Positions 28,901 to 38,100 of a stretch of 64,000 nucleotides of DNA are shown in pieces. This DNA comes from Bacteroidales bacterium UBA4331. GTDB taxonomy: Bacteria; Bacteroidota; Bacteroidia; Bacteroidales; Paludibacteraceae. The position numbers were made by a program, and so were the translations under genes. The stretch is taken from contig DGTR01000020.1 in the NCBI GenBank assembly GCA_002394395.1, positions 9,032 to 73,031 on the forward strand, in the 5' to 3' direction. The stretch's first letter is position 1; each line of letters begins with the position of its first letter. The notes under the pieces were generated by a model, which was not told the DNA's origin, did not search any database, and saw only the letters and a program-made list of their open reading frames with translations.

Positions 28901-28974
28901 GTACCGGAATAAGTAGCCGCTTGGGCGAAAATCACACTTGCCAAAGCAAGTATGAATGTAAAGATTCTTTTCAT
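25921..28974 (-). CDS. large BspA-like leucine-rich-repeat surface protein with T9SS-type tail
   Basis: 1017 aa; signal peptide; more than 15 LRR units (I...AF..C.SL..V); B-repeat-like modules; tail KVIRDGQVYVLLGEKVYTVTGQKVK. Confidence 0.8.
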   Translation of the reverse strand: MKRIFTFILALASVIFAQAATYSGTYGNSITWSLTTTTGLLTISGSGSMEDVYMGGEAYPWDDYYESVKKVVINEGITSAGTNAFYGFENLTSVTLPSTLDSICNSSFCNSAITTLTLPSNLHYIETSAFSNCRMLRSLTLSNALEEIPISMCSNCTSLQQIVIPNNIKTIGRDAFFGCTALTNVTLGTGVRTIHLDAFYNTALELDSKNWKNNIFYVDKACIRGGDNFSGAATIKDGTVIIAEDAFSGMPVTSVTLPNSLVYINENAFGLCSSLSSVTFGSSLLEIDDNAFENTVITQLQFPDALTRIGMFTFSGCQRIVSVSFGSGLQTIEDNAFYNCKRLTSVVIPDNVTTIKDDAFEGCQVLTDITIGKAVVDMDIWDAFDPRYVKKLTFNAKHVIDRAGGYAISYAGLPNLESVTFGNEVEFIPEQFCYKAVKLKTVTFPSSLKEIDDLAFDGCKSLKKIVIPNKVTKIGCYSFSDCDSLTSVTIGKAIKTICNTAFESSPVKTLVWNAKQANDGPTNLYTFDLLTKITFGNSVEYIPAHLCDGAENLPSVSFPASVKEIGASAFAICTSLKKVTIPKNITKLNSYAFGSCESLKTVTCESSTPATLESGVFSSIAENAMLRVPCGSMSAYVSTTWDNYFTQFDEYSPFTVTISSADESMGVVSQGELDCSTGMMQIEAVPNTGFIFETWSDGNTEPLRTLLVTQDTTLVASFKVQTFAIQFVDWNGTVLQEDEVLYNTLPSVPEAPTRQATAQYTYTFTGWEPEIVPALADTRYTAHYDSVVNEYTITFRNEDGSDIFSRKWAYGEMPSCEEPSKESTEHFAYHFDGWQPAIEIVTGNATYIATFRAVPIHALTFLDWNGDELGVVKVEEGSEAMAPVSPMREGYLFDGWSRDLSNVTKDLYVIALYSLDASTALKVHFVDANNQLIMTSHITDAVPAAPIVAEKVFVGWQAVAGDIEDGITVRAVYNDSTPTSFASPSSNGETPRKVIRDGQVYVLLGEKVYTVTGQKVK

Positions 28975-29027
28975 TCAACTATTACTAATAAGGTTATGCC
29001 AATTGTGCTTGCCAAGTATTACAAATA

Positions 29028-31631
29028 TTAGCGAACGCTTGTCAGTTTTTTGATCTTCTCATTCAGTTTCTTTTCCTGCAGCAGCTGTTCAATGGTCAGG
29101 TGCATTCTGTAATTCCAGAAATGGCGCGGGTTAGCGGGCACATTGATGCGGTCCGCGAACTGGTCTTTGATACGTACATCGCCGTCAATAGCGAGCCAGT
29201 CTTGCAGCGGCAGAATGGTCCACATAGCAGGCGAATACATGTGCTGGTTGATGATGAACTCGGCAATCTCCGGCGTCATCTCTTTGGGTGCATCGCCCCA
29301 CCAACCCATCTGCTCGTTGTAGAACTGCTGGGTTACCGCGCGGTCTTCTTCCCACCATGCACGCAGCGGGTTCATGTCGTGCGTACCGGTGGTGCAGACA
29401 GACTGATACGGAGCGTCGGCTGGGTGCGCGAACTTAACCGTCGGATCCTTCGGCATTCGTTGGATCTCGAGGCTGAGAATCTGCAGCTCATGCATCACAT
29501 CGGGCACGCAAGCGGGCACCATGCCGAGGTCCTCGCCGCAGCAGAGCATCTTCGTTGCGCCGATAAGCGTCGGCAGTTTGCGCATCGCCGAGTCACGCCA
29601 GAACTGCGTATGACGACGATAGAAATACTCATTATAGATACGCATGAGCACCTCTTTCTGGTCGGAATAGAGTTCATTGAAAGAGTGGCTCTGGTAGATC
29701 GAGATACGCGGATGGAGCCATCCCGGACGGCGTTGATCCTCGACCATCAGCACTTCGCAATGGAGATAAATCAAGCCGTTGCAGATATTCTTCGCTGCCT
29801 CTTTGCTCAGACCTGCTGCTTTGAGTTGCTTCGGATCCTCCATCAGGCGGTCGTACCACTCCTGCACTTTGACTTGCGTATCAAACTCCGGACGGAACCA
29901 ATAGACGTATCCATCGCGGGTCTGAAGGGCATTCTTCTTCGCCCACTCAGTATCATACCCCAAGACGTCGCCTAAGAAATTCGAGCGGATATAAGGCTTG
30001 GTCATACGGTCCCAGTCGAGGCAAATACCCTGCGCACAGAGGTCATCATAGCTGTACGGCAGCGCCGGAACGAAATGACCGCAGAGGCCCCACACGTCGG
30101 TCTTGCGCATCTGCCATATACGGAAGAAACCGAGGATATGATCTACGCGGTAAGCATCGAAATAGTCCTGCATCTTACGGAACCGTTTCTGCCACCAAGC
30201 GAAGTTATCCTCCGCCATCTTATCCCAGTTATAGGTCGGGAATCCCCAGTTCTGGCCGGAGATAGAGAAATCATCGGGCGGTGCACCGGCAGACGCATCG
30301 AGGTTAAAGAGCTCCGGATAAACGGCTGCATCCACAGAGTCGGGGCTGATGCCGATAGGTATATCTCCCTTCATAGCCACGCCGATTGAGTGGGCGTAAG
30401 CCACTGCGTCCGCCAGCTGCTTGTCGGCATGGAACTGAAGGAAATAGTAGTACTCCTTCGGCTGCTTGTCGCGCTTATGAAGGAACTCGGCGTACGGCTC
30501 CAGCCACTCGCGATTCTTCGCAAAGAAAGCCTTGTACTCCTCGGAGGAGAAGAGGGCATCCTTGTCCTGTTTAAAGAGCGCCTTGAAAAAAACGGTCTTG
30601 GCGTCATAGACGTTCTGGTAATCAGCGATCTTGAGGGCGTTGAACTCCGCCTTCTGCGCTTCGTATTTCTTCTTCTGCGCCGGCGTCAGGCGACCCATCT
30701 TCTCGATATTGATATATATCGGATGGAGCGCGAAGACGGAAACGGCGTTGTAAGGATAACTGTCGAGGTTGTTATGACGGAGCGTGGTATCGTTGATCGG
30801 CAGGGTCTGGATCATCTTCTGACCCGTAGCCGCAGCCCAGTCTGCCATCTTCTTGAGATCCTGAAACTCACCGATACCGAACCCTTCTTCCGTACGGAGA
30901 GAGAAGACCGGAACAGCTACGCCGGCACCTTTCCATCGCGGTTGCGTGCGGCGGAAACCACGGTCGTTCTGGCAGATGACCATACCCTTCTCGATGCCCC
31001 AGATCTGGCGGTTCTCACCCCACTCCATATCTACCTGCGCACCGGTCTTGAGGTCATAAACGAGGTATTTATACTCGATGATCTGCAATTCCGAGACCTT
31101 GATGTCGGCTTTCCAAACGGGGAACTCCGCATCGCTCATGATGAGCTTGTTATCGACATTCCAGTCGCCTAACTCCGGGCAGTTACCGACGATCGCCACT
31201 CCCTGCGTCGGCAGGATCTGCGGCAGATCGATAGAGAAACGGACGTTACCCTTTGGAGCCTTCACTTTGGCGGGGTTATGGCGCATAAAAAGGGACTTGA
31301 GGAAGGCGGTCGTATAGAAACTATCCTCATAGGTGCTCGCCTGCCAAGCGTCGCGAACAACGAGTCGCTTGTCCGCGGCTTTGAGGGTTAACGTACGGGG
31401 TTCGCCTGCCTCATAGATATACCGACCGTCCTGCAGACGAATCGCATATTTGTACTGAATACTGCCGGCAAAATCACTGATAGGGACATTAGCCTGCCAG
31501 AAATCGGTCCCTTGGCAATTCAGCACCAACGGGTCCTTCTCTGTCCATCCCAAAATCGACTCTTGCGTCTCAATCACGCAAAGACTCTGGCCGTACTCGG
31601 CACGATAATGAATCTGAAAATTGATGTTCAT
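29028..31631 (-). CDS. malQ: 4-alpha-glucanotransferase (GH77) with N-terminal starch-binding modules
   Basis: 867 aa; GIGEFQDL, RVDHILGF and CGEDLGMVP catalytic blocks. Confidence 0.9.
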   Translation of the reverse strand: MNINFQIHYRAEYGQSLCVIETQESILGWTEKDPLVLNCQGTDFWQANVPISDFAGSIQYKYAIRLQDGRYIYEAGEPRTLTLKAADKRLVVRDAWQASTYEDSFYTTAFLKSLFMRHNPAKVKAPKGNVRFSIDLPQILPTQGVAIVGNCPELGDWNVDNKLIMSDAEFPVWKADIKVSELQIIEYKYLVYDLKTGAQVDMEWGENRQIWGIEKGMVICQNDRGFRRTQPRWKGAGVAVPVFSLRTEEGFGIGEFQDLKKMADWAAATGQKMIQTLPINDTTLRHNNLDSYPYNAVSVFALHPIYINIEKMGRLTPAQKKKYEAQKAEFNALKIADYQNVYDAKTVFFKALFKQDKDALFSSEEYKAFFAKNREWLEPYAEFLHKRDKQPKEYYYFLQFHADKQLADAVAYAHSIGVAMKGDIPIGISPDSVDAAVYPELFNLDASAGAPPDDFSISGQNWGFPTYNWDKMAEDNFAWWQKRFRKMQDYFDAYRVDHILGFFRIWQMRKTDVWGLCGHFVPALPYSYDDLCAQGICLDWDRMTKPYIRSNFLGDVLGYDTEWAKKNALQTRDGYVYWFRPEFDTQVKVQEWYDRLMEDPKQLKAAGLSKEAAKNICNGLIYLHCEVLMVEDQRRPGWLHPRISIYQSHSFNELYSDQKEVLMRIYNEYFYRRHTQFWRDSAMRKLPTLIGATKMLCCGEDLGMVPACVPDVMHELQILSLEIQRMPKDPTVKFAHPADAPYQSVCTTGTHDMNPLRAWWEEDRAVTQQFYNEQMGWWGDAPKEMTPEIAEFIINQHMYSPAMWTILPLQDWLAIDGDVRIKDQFADRINVPANPRHFWNYRMHLTIEQLLQEKKLNEKIKKLTSVR

Positions 31632-31671
31632 GATATTGTGTTTTATTTAAGTTTTCTTCGGATTTCGGCTA

Positions 31672-31679
31672 CAAAATTA
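31672..31679 (-). promoter_or_regulatory. -7 box TAATTTTG upstream of malQ
   Basis: TAnnTTTG match about 40 nt upstream of ATG 31631. Confidence 0.55.
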
Positions 31680-31720
31680 CTACAATTTTTCGAAATATAC
31701 AAGATTTTGCTAAAAAAAAA

Positions 31721-32653
31721 TTATTTATGCTTGTATAAAATAATATCTTTTTTAAAAAAGAACCATCCGAGGCAGGGAAGGAGGGTGTTTATAACCCACA
31801 GCAGGACGCCGGCAAAGGCGGCGTTAATCGATCCGAAAACCACGATCGCCCATGCGCCGCGAACGCCCACTTCCGCAATCGGCACATTCGGCGTGATGGT
31901 CACCAGCAGATAATAAATCAGAAATCCGTAACCCATAACCCGTAACCCATAACCCGTAACTGCCCCCAACGCCCAAAGCACCAAGGCTAACTGCACACAC
32001 CAACATAGCAAACGCACAAAACTCTGACCTAAACTGCGGAAGAGCAGCTTCTGGTTCACTTCAGCGTATTTCTTCAGGGCTCTGGGCGCCAACGCAAAAG
32101 CAATCACCAAGAGTAAAATAACGGCTGCGAGGGCGTAGAGATAACTGTCGCCTAACTGCGTTCGGATCGCCGGAGAGAACGCCAGCGCCACCACGCCGGC
32201 GATGACGATCGCTGCCGTCATCGTAGCACTACCGACGGCCCCCATACTCAACACCCGCGGCCAGACAGGATCACTCATCAACACCCCTCTCGCCGGGTAT
32301 TCGCCGAGCCGCCAGGGAGTGATGAGTCCGGCGAGTTTGGAATAATAAACCTGCCGCTGCGCCTCTCTAAACGATAATCGTTCATCCGTTAACTCGTTCA
32401 CTTCACCATTTGCACCATTAAGCGTGGCGTCACCATTCCATAAAGTCATCCACCGCCATGCCTCGATCGCCATGTTCACCGGCATCAGTGCAACACACAG
32501 GCCGAGCGCCAGATAGTGCTGCCACGCCATGCCACGAAGACTCTCCCACAAGGCAGGATAGGCCTCGAAAGTGACCAGTTTATAGCCCAGAAATGCGCAC
32601 GCTGCGAGCGCCACGGCCCACTCGATTATATGATAAAGCGTCTTTTTGTCCAT
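31721..32653 (-). CDS. polytopic membrane protein (UPF0104 / lysyl-PG-synthase-TM-like)
   Basis: 310 aa, about 8 hydrophobic helices; the family call rests on overall resemblance only. Confidence 0.45.
   Translation of the reverse strand: MDKKTLYHIIEWAVALAACAFLGYKLVTFEAYPALWESLRGMAWQHYLALGLCVALMPVNMAIEAWRWMTLWNGDATLNGANGEVNELTDERLSFREAQRQVYYSKLAGLITPWRLGEYPARGVLMSDPVWPRVLSMGAVGSATMTAAIVIAGVVALAFSPAIRTQLGDSYLYALAAVILLLVIAFALAPRALKKYAEVNQKLLFRSLGQSFVRLLCWCVQLALVLWALGAVTGYGLRVMGYGFLIYYLLVTITPNVPIAEVGVRGAWAIVVFGSINAAFAGVLLWVINTLLPCLGWFFFKKDIILYKHK
31926..31960. repeat. tandem heptamer CCRTAAC x5 inside the UPF0104-like ORF
   Basis: CCGTAAC/CCATAAC alternate five times; translated on the minus strand as VTGYGLRVMGYG. 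Confidence 0.95.
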
Positions 32654-32663
32654 AAAAACGCTG

Positions 32664-32711
32664 CAAAGTTACGAAAAATTTTGCATTAATGCAAAATATT
32701 TTGTACTTTTG
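32664..32711. promoter_or_regulatory. divergent promoter pair around a 20-bp perfect palindrome
   Basis: TAACTTTG (minus, 32664-32671), ATTTTGCATTAATGCAAAAT (32678-32697), TACTTTTG (plus, 32704-32711). Confidence 0.6.
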
Positions 32712-34734
32712 TGCCGTGAAACGACAAATACGAGTCATAATAATCATTTTATTCCTCCTCCCTTCCTTTCAGGGAAGGGCCGAGGATGCCCCTTTCAACC
32801 TTCATCCTTCAACGTTCACCTTAGACGAAGTCATACTGGACATCTACAATGCCGTGACGGAGTTCAGCGAAGTGGATTACGAGCAGCTGCAGACGGATCT
32901 GTACGCGCTGCATGACGCGCCGATAGACCTGAATAACACTTCGGACGAAGAGCTCTCGCAACTATATTTTCTCTCGCCGCAGCAGATAGATGATATCCTC
33001 GCCTACGCCGGCAGACACCCGTTCGAATCGCTGTATGAGTTACGGCTCATCCCGTCGCTGACGGAGTACGAGATCCGCGACCTATTGCCGTTCGTCCAAA
33101 TCAGAAATCATAAATCAGAAATCATAAATCAAAAATTGTATCCCCGCGAGGTCTTTGCGCACGCGACACATGAGGTTATCACGCGCGTGGACGCGCGTAA
33201 TATAGAAGGAGTGGAAGGTACGGACCCGATGTACGCGCAGGGACGTTACCGGTTTGATTACCAAAGGAAGGTCACGTTCGGTGCGCAGTTGAGACGGCCG
33301 GTGGGAGGTATAGCGAAGGATCTGCAATACGGCGCGTACCTGCAACTACGCGACATAACGCCCCATCTGCACACGGTGGTAGGGGGTAATTTTCAGGCCT
33401 CTTTCGGGCAGGGTTTGGTGCTCGCGCCGGTCTTTCATTCCGGCAAGAGTTCGTATGTCTCTTCGGTCGGCATGCAGCAGCAGGGCCTGCGGTATTACTC
33501 GTCGGTCGATGGCGAAGGACTGCACGGCGTAGGAGCTACCATCCGCCATGCTTTCTCATCGCAGACGAGGCTGGACGCCACTGCACTCTACTCCATGCGC
33601 CGCGCGAATGACTCCACCTGGCACCACCTGATTGGCGCCAACCTCACGCTGCGACATAAACGGCTGGAAGTCCAGCTGACAGCGATAGAGAACCTCTGGT
33701 CGGACAGTATTCACCCCTACCGCAACGCCAAGTACAACCGCCATTATTTCCGCGGCCGCAACCAGGCAGTCATAGGCGCTTCGTTCCGGTACAACCACGG
33801 CTGGTTTGATGCCTTCGGAGAGGTGGCTACAGCGCAAAATTATAAACGCTTCGAAGAAGCACTAAACGGCGAAGCCATAAACCCTATAAACGGCGAAGCC
33901 GTAAACTCGCCCCACTGGGGCCTCGGTGCTCTCATAGGCAGCCGGTTCTATCCTACGCAGGGCGTCTCGCTTGTGGCGCTGTACCGCTATTACTCGCCGT
34001 ATTTCGATAACGACTTGGGTTACGCTTTCTCCGAGACCTCGCGCATCAACGACGAGAACGGCGGGTACTTGGGTTTTGAGATCACCCGCTGGCGCAACTG
34101 GCGGATTTCTGGTTACGGGGATGTGTTCTATTTCAGCGGCTACAAGTACGGTCTGGGGGATGCAGTTAAGACACTGGGATACGATGCCATGGCAGAATTG
34201 CAGTATCATCATTCCACCATTTCATCATTCAGCGAAGCGGCTCATTCCGTCATTCCCCAATGGCGGCTTTCTCTCCGCCTGAGGGCGCGGCAGAAAGGCG
34301 ATGCCACCTACTCCACCCGTGCGCAGTTCGATTGGGCTCAGGGCAGCTGGTCGCTGCGTACCACCGCGGAAGCCAACCTGGTTAATCAATCACCAATAAC
34401 CTACGGTTTCACCATATTCCAAGACATCTCTTACTCCCTTCCTTTAAGGGAAGGGCGGGGGTTAGGCTTTCGCCTCCGGCTCCAGGGCTTCGACGCCCGC
34501 GAGTGGGCGAACCGCATCTATACCTACGAGCACGATGTGCTGTTCGCTTTTTCTATCCCTGCGACTTATGGTTTGGGCGGCAGGGCATACCTATGCCTGC
34601 GGTGGCAGATTATCCCGCAACTGACGCTCTATTTCCGCGCCTCCGAGACTGTCTATGCAAAGCAGTGGGCGACCGCTCACGATCGCCCACAAACCCGCAC
34701 AGACCTTCATCTGCTCCTTCGTGCCAAGTTATAG
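32689..34734 (+). CDS. helix-hairpin-helix N-terminal domain plus predicted beta-barrel outer-membrane protein
   Basis: 681 aa; ELSQLYFLSPQQIDDILAY and LRLIPSLTEYEIRDLLPFV HhH-like pairs; Tyr/Gly/Arg-rich alternating C-terminal part. The likely real start is GTG 32716, downstream of the -7 box at 32704-32711. Confidence 0.5.
   Translation: MQNILYFCAVKRQIRVIIIILFLLPSFQGRAEDAPFNLHPSTFTLDEVILDIYNAVTEFSEVDYEQLQTDLYALHDAPIDLNNTSDEELSQLYFLSPQQIDDILAYAGRHPFESLYELRLIPSLTEYEIRDLLPFVQIRNHKSEIINQKLYPREVFAHATHEVITRVDARNIEGVEGTDPMYAQGRYRFDYQRKVTFGAQLRRPVGGIAKDLQYGAYLQLRDITPHLHTVVGGNFQASFGQGLVLAPVFHSGKSSYVSSVGMQQQGLRYYSSVDGEGLHGVGATIRHAFSSQTRLDATALYSMRRANDSTWHHLIGANLTLRHKRLEVQLTAIENLWSDSIHPYRNAKYNRHYFRGRNQAVIGASFRYNHGWFDAFGEVATAQNYKRFEEALNGEAINPINGEAVNSPHWGLGALIGSRFYPTQGVSLVALYRYYSPYFDNDLGYAFSETSRINDENGGYLGFEITRWRNWRISGYGDVFYFSGYKYGLGDAVKTLGYDAMAELQYHHSTISSFSEAAHSVIPQWRLSLRLRARQKGDATYSTRAQFDWAQGSWSLRTTAEANLVNQSPITYGFTIFQDISYSLPLREGRGLGFRLRLQGFDAREWANRIYTYEHDVLFAFSIPATYGLGGRAYLCLRWQIIPQLTLYFRASETVYAKQWATAHDRPQTRTDLHLLLRAKL
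32760..32779. repeat. GC-rich hairpin CCCTTCC-N6-GGAAGGG, copy 1 (inside ORF 32689..34734)
   Basis: Stem 32760-32766 / 32773-32779; context CTCCCTTCCTTTCAGGGAAGGGCCGAGG. Confidence 0.9.
33099..33133. repeat. tandem heptamer AATCAKA x5 inside ORF 32689..34734
   Basis: AATCAGA, AATCATA, AATCAGA, AATCATA, AATCAAA; translated RNHKSEIINQK. Confidence 0.95.
33864..33911. repeat. tandem 24-mer x2 inside ORF 32689..34734
   Basis: AAACGGCGAAGCC is exact at 33864-33876 and 33888-33900; in-frame NGEAINPI / NGEAVNSP. Confidence 0.9.
34436..34455. repeat. GC-rich hairpin CCCTTCC-N6-GGAAGGG, copy 2 (same ORF)
   Basis: Stem 34436-34442 / 34449-34455; context CTCCCTTCCTTTAAGGGAAGGGCGGGGG. Confidence 0.9.
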
Positions 34735-34742
34735 GTCTATCA

Positions 34743-35156
34743 TCATTCTATCGTTTTTTCCGCGCGATATTTTCGGAAACATGCATACGCAAACGCCAGC
34801 AGCATCAGCGGGAAAAAGACATCACCTACAGGCATAGGCTCACCGGGAAGTTTTGTATCCTCGCCGTCATCTCCCCATCCTTCATCCTCACCTATGCGAC
34901 GTATATGCCCCGGGCGATAGGATGCAGGCGCATTTGCCGATGGGACACTACCGGATACCATAGTGACGCCGGTAGCCGCAGCCATCGGAAGGGTAGATCC
35001 GGAATAAGCCATAACGGACGTAGAGCGCATCTGCACAACAGGTTGTTTTCCCCATTCCTTATCAAAGATTTGAGCATTGGCGCTCAGGACACTCACCAAA
35101 CTCATTATGATCAATAAATATCTCAATGCTTTCATATTCTCAATTTCTTTAAACAT
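34743..35156 (-). CDS. small secreted/tail-anchored hypothetical protein
   Basis: Likely start ATG 35135 (MKALRYLLIIMSLVSVLSANAQ signal peptide). Ala/Ser-rich middle and acidic patch. C-terminal PMPVGD + TM helix + RKYR. Confidence 0.5.
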   Translation of the reverse strand: MFKEIENMKALRYLLIIMSLVSVLSANAQIFDKEWGKQPVVQMRSTSVMAYSGSTLPMAAATGVTMVSGSVPSANAPASYRPGHIRRIGEDEGWGDDGEDTKLPGEPMPVGDVFFPLMLLAFAYACFRKYRAEKTIE

Positions 35157-35176
35157 TAAACACTAAACATTAAACA
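35149..35176. repeat. tandem heptamer TTAAACA x4, intergenic
   Basis: Units at 35149, 35156, 35163 (CTAAACA) and 35170; lies between the stop of the 1431-aa gene and the small downstream ORF. Confidence 0.95.
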
Positions 35177-35177
35177 T

Positions 35178-38100
35178 TTATTTCACTTTCTTGCCTGTTG
35201 CGTCATAAATTATGCCGTTATGCCAAATATAGACATTTTCATGATAGATGAATTTAACCGGTCCATTGCCCTTGTTTCCTTCGCCAATGACATCTATTGC
35301 TGTCGGTGTCTGGCGGGTACCCACAACCGCATTGATTGCGAACCGTCCGTTTATCGTTCCGGCAGAGGTGATAAATGTATAATTTTCCTCTATCAGGTTC
35401 GTGATCTGATCATTATTCGCATAGTCGATCAGATAAACACCTTCCAGATTCTCCACCACGCTGGCGTTATCGAGCGAGAAGGTATATTCTCCTTCCACCG
35501 GTATGCGTACTTGGACAGGGATCCACTCTTGTGCCAGAACCGGAGAGATAGCCAGATAAGCCATATTCTGCTCGCCGTAATACATGTACGTACGCAAGGT
35601 GTTGCTATTGCTCAGCAGTTTGGCCAGATCGGCGTTTGTCTCATATTCTGCGGTGTAGTTTTCGCCTACCAGAATACCCATCATATCTTCGGCTCCATCT
35701 CCTGCGAGCGTGATGTACGCACGCTGGATAGGCATCGTCTCGTCTGCAACCTCTTTGCGATAACTCGGAGCTGATGCCTGTCGGTTCACCTCGCCGAATG
35801 TCACCGTTCCGTTCTTAGGCGCTTGGATCAGGAATCCGCTTGCCGGCTTCAGTTTGGTGGAAACAATCGGCACTTGGTCGTATTCCTGGAAATCGATATC
35901 CGGGATATTGGCATACTCGATTGCTCCTTCATCCGTATAACTCAGTGCGCCTTTATACAGCGACATGTACGGGTTGGCGATGAAATTCCATCCTTTGGCA
36001 TAAGAGGGGGTAGATGCGTCACCATAAGCCAAGACGGTTACTTGGTCTTTGTGCGTGCTTTCCAATACACCTTTTTCCCCTCCTGTGGTCCACGCTGCTG
36101 AAGGGATTGTCAGCGGCATACGGATGATGGAGAAGGCTTTTCCGGCAGGACGTTTCGCCGTCATGGCATAAGCTTTGCTGGGTTCTAACTTGACAGGAAT
36201 AGGATTGCATCCGTCATCTCCGTATAGTTTCCAGTTCGCACTCTCGCCTACACCTACTTGCACATTGGCTGCGCGGCTTGCGCCGTCGTAGTAACGCAGG
36301 CGAACCGAACCGGTTGTGGTTCCGATGAGGGCTTTTGACTTGGTATTCTTGTACCATATCTTGGATCCGTCATTGACACTCAGATCTACCTCCCATGGTA
36401 CGGCTATCGGATAGTATTGGTCGAAATCAATGTACCAGTCGGCATAAGCGTTAGTCGCTTGCAAGTTGCCGTTCGTCGGCGTGATATACAGCCGTGCTAC
36501 ATCGTATTTCTTGTCTCCGTTCAACCGGTTCCAACCGTTGCGCATCACTAAGGTAGTGGCTTTCAGTGTTCCGGTGGTCACATTGACTGTCGCGCCCGGA
36601 TAGATATTCAGTTCCTTAATAGTGACATCCGAATTATCGTAAGCACTAGCGTCCACAGTCACAGTCACGTTCGGGAGGACGTGTACCTCCGTATTCCAAG
36701 CACTCTTGAGAGAGTAGTTTGTTTTATTGATAGTAATGTCGCTTGCTACGATAGTAGGTACTATAATGTTGCTTACCGCAATCATCACGTCGCTGCTGTT
36801 GTACCATTCGAGTGTCAGCATCTGGCCTTCGTTCGCTGCGAAATCAATCACATCGCCGAAGGCTACGGTGTAGTCATACTTGGTAGCACCGGTTCCATTG
36901 CTTGTCTTGGTCTCTGCCAGAGTAATCAAACTGCTCTCAGCGCCGTTCAGTAAGGCTTTCACCTTTTCGGCTGCAACACCTGTTCCGCCGGCATTGGCTT
37001 TATCCACTTCCACTATCGCATTATGGTGTCCCCAGGCGACAATCTCCGCTTCCGTAAATACCACACTGCTCGCAGGAATAAGCCGCAACTCTTCTACACC
37101 GCTGGCAAATAGTCCCCAATCCGGATTGCCGGCATTATCACGCAAGCTTAAAGAACTGGTATTATTGGCGCAATAGATGGTGTATTTGGCATCCTGCGGG
37201 TTGGTGATGGAGGTGTTTGTCTGCTTCAACTGCCACCACCATCCGGCACTCAAATCGCTCGTTGCTTTCGCGTTATTGCTCTTACCTAATGTTCTGGTAC
37301 CTGTCGCACTACCGAACAACGGAGCCGGACCGGCAGGGTCATTTCCATCTTCAATACTCATCGTCAGACGGATATATTGACCGTTGCCGCCGGAAATATT
37401 GGATGCGGTTGGAGCCGCCAAACCATATTTGTTGCTTGCGTCGGTATATGCAACACTCGGGTTGTTGATATCATTTACTGCTATCTCGGATGGTTTAGGA
37501 TTCGTGGTAGAAGCCATATCCGATGGCAGAGCCCACCATTTACCATCTTTCTTTGCCGCAATCACGAAGTCTGCCGGCAAGTGACGGCCGATGATATCTT
37601 GTGTCAGATTAACCGTCTTGGGTTTCGCACCGCCAACACTCACCGTAATACCGGTTAACTCATCCAATCCGTCGTCCGTATCACCTACTGCCGGCGTATA
37701 GAAAATATATGCCACGGCATTAATCGCACCGGAAGCATCGGTAGCTAAAGCCGCTCCCGTACGGCTCTTTATCTCGAATTTCGCAGGCAGGTCAGGGAAT
37801 GTCAGTGTCTGGCCGGGAGTCAGACCGCTACCGACAATCAGGATCGAGTCTTGCGAACGAACCTTCTTGCCTGCCGCCGACGTAATGAACATAGGTGCGT
37901 CTGCTGTCACTAATTTAGGTGTCAGCGTCAGCTCCGCACAAGAGAACACATAGTCGGTATAACTTGCATCCCTCCAAAGAGCATAGAAAGTAATATTGCC
38001 CGTTACGGTGTGGTCATACGGCAAAGTGCGTTTCGTGCCTCCTGCCGAACCTTCAGCCCAACCGTCAAACACCTTCCCGCTCGGAGCAGTGAACCCGCAT

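Noticed and set aside
32689-32715. ATG 32689 as the start of the HhH outer-membrane protein
   Set aside because: This ATG lies inside the 20-bp promoter palindrome and upstream of the TACTTTTG box at 32704-32711. GTG 32716 (MKRQIRVIIIILFLL...) is more plausible. The track coordinates are kept in the feature list, with this caveat.
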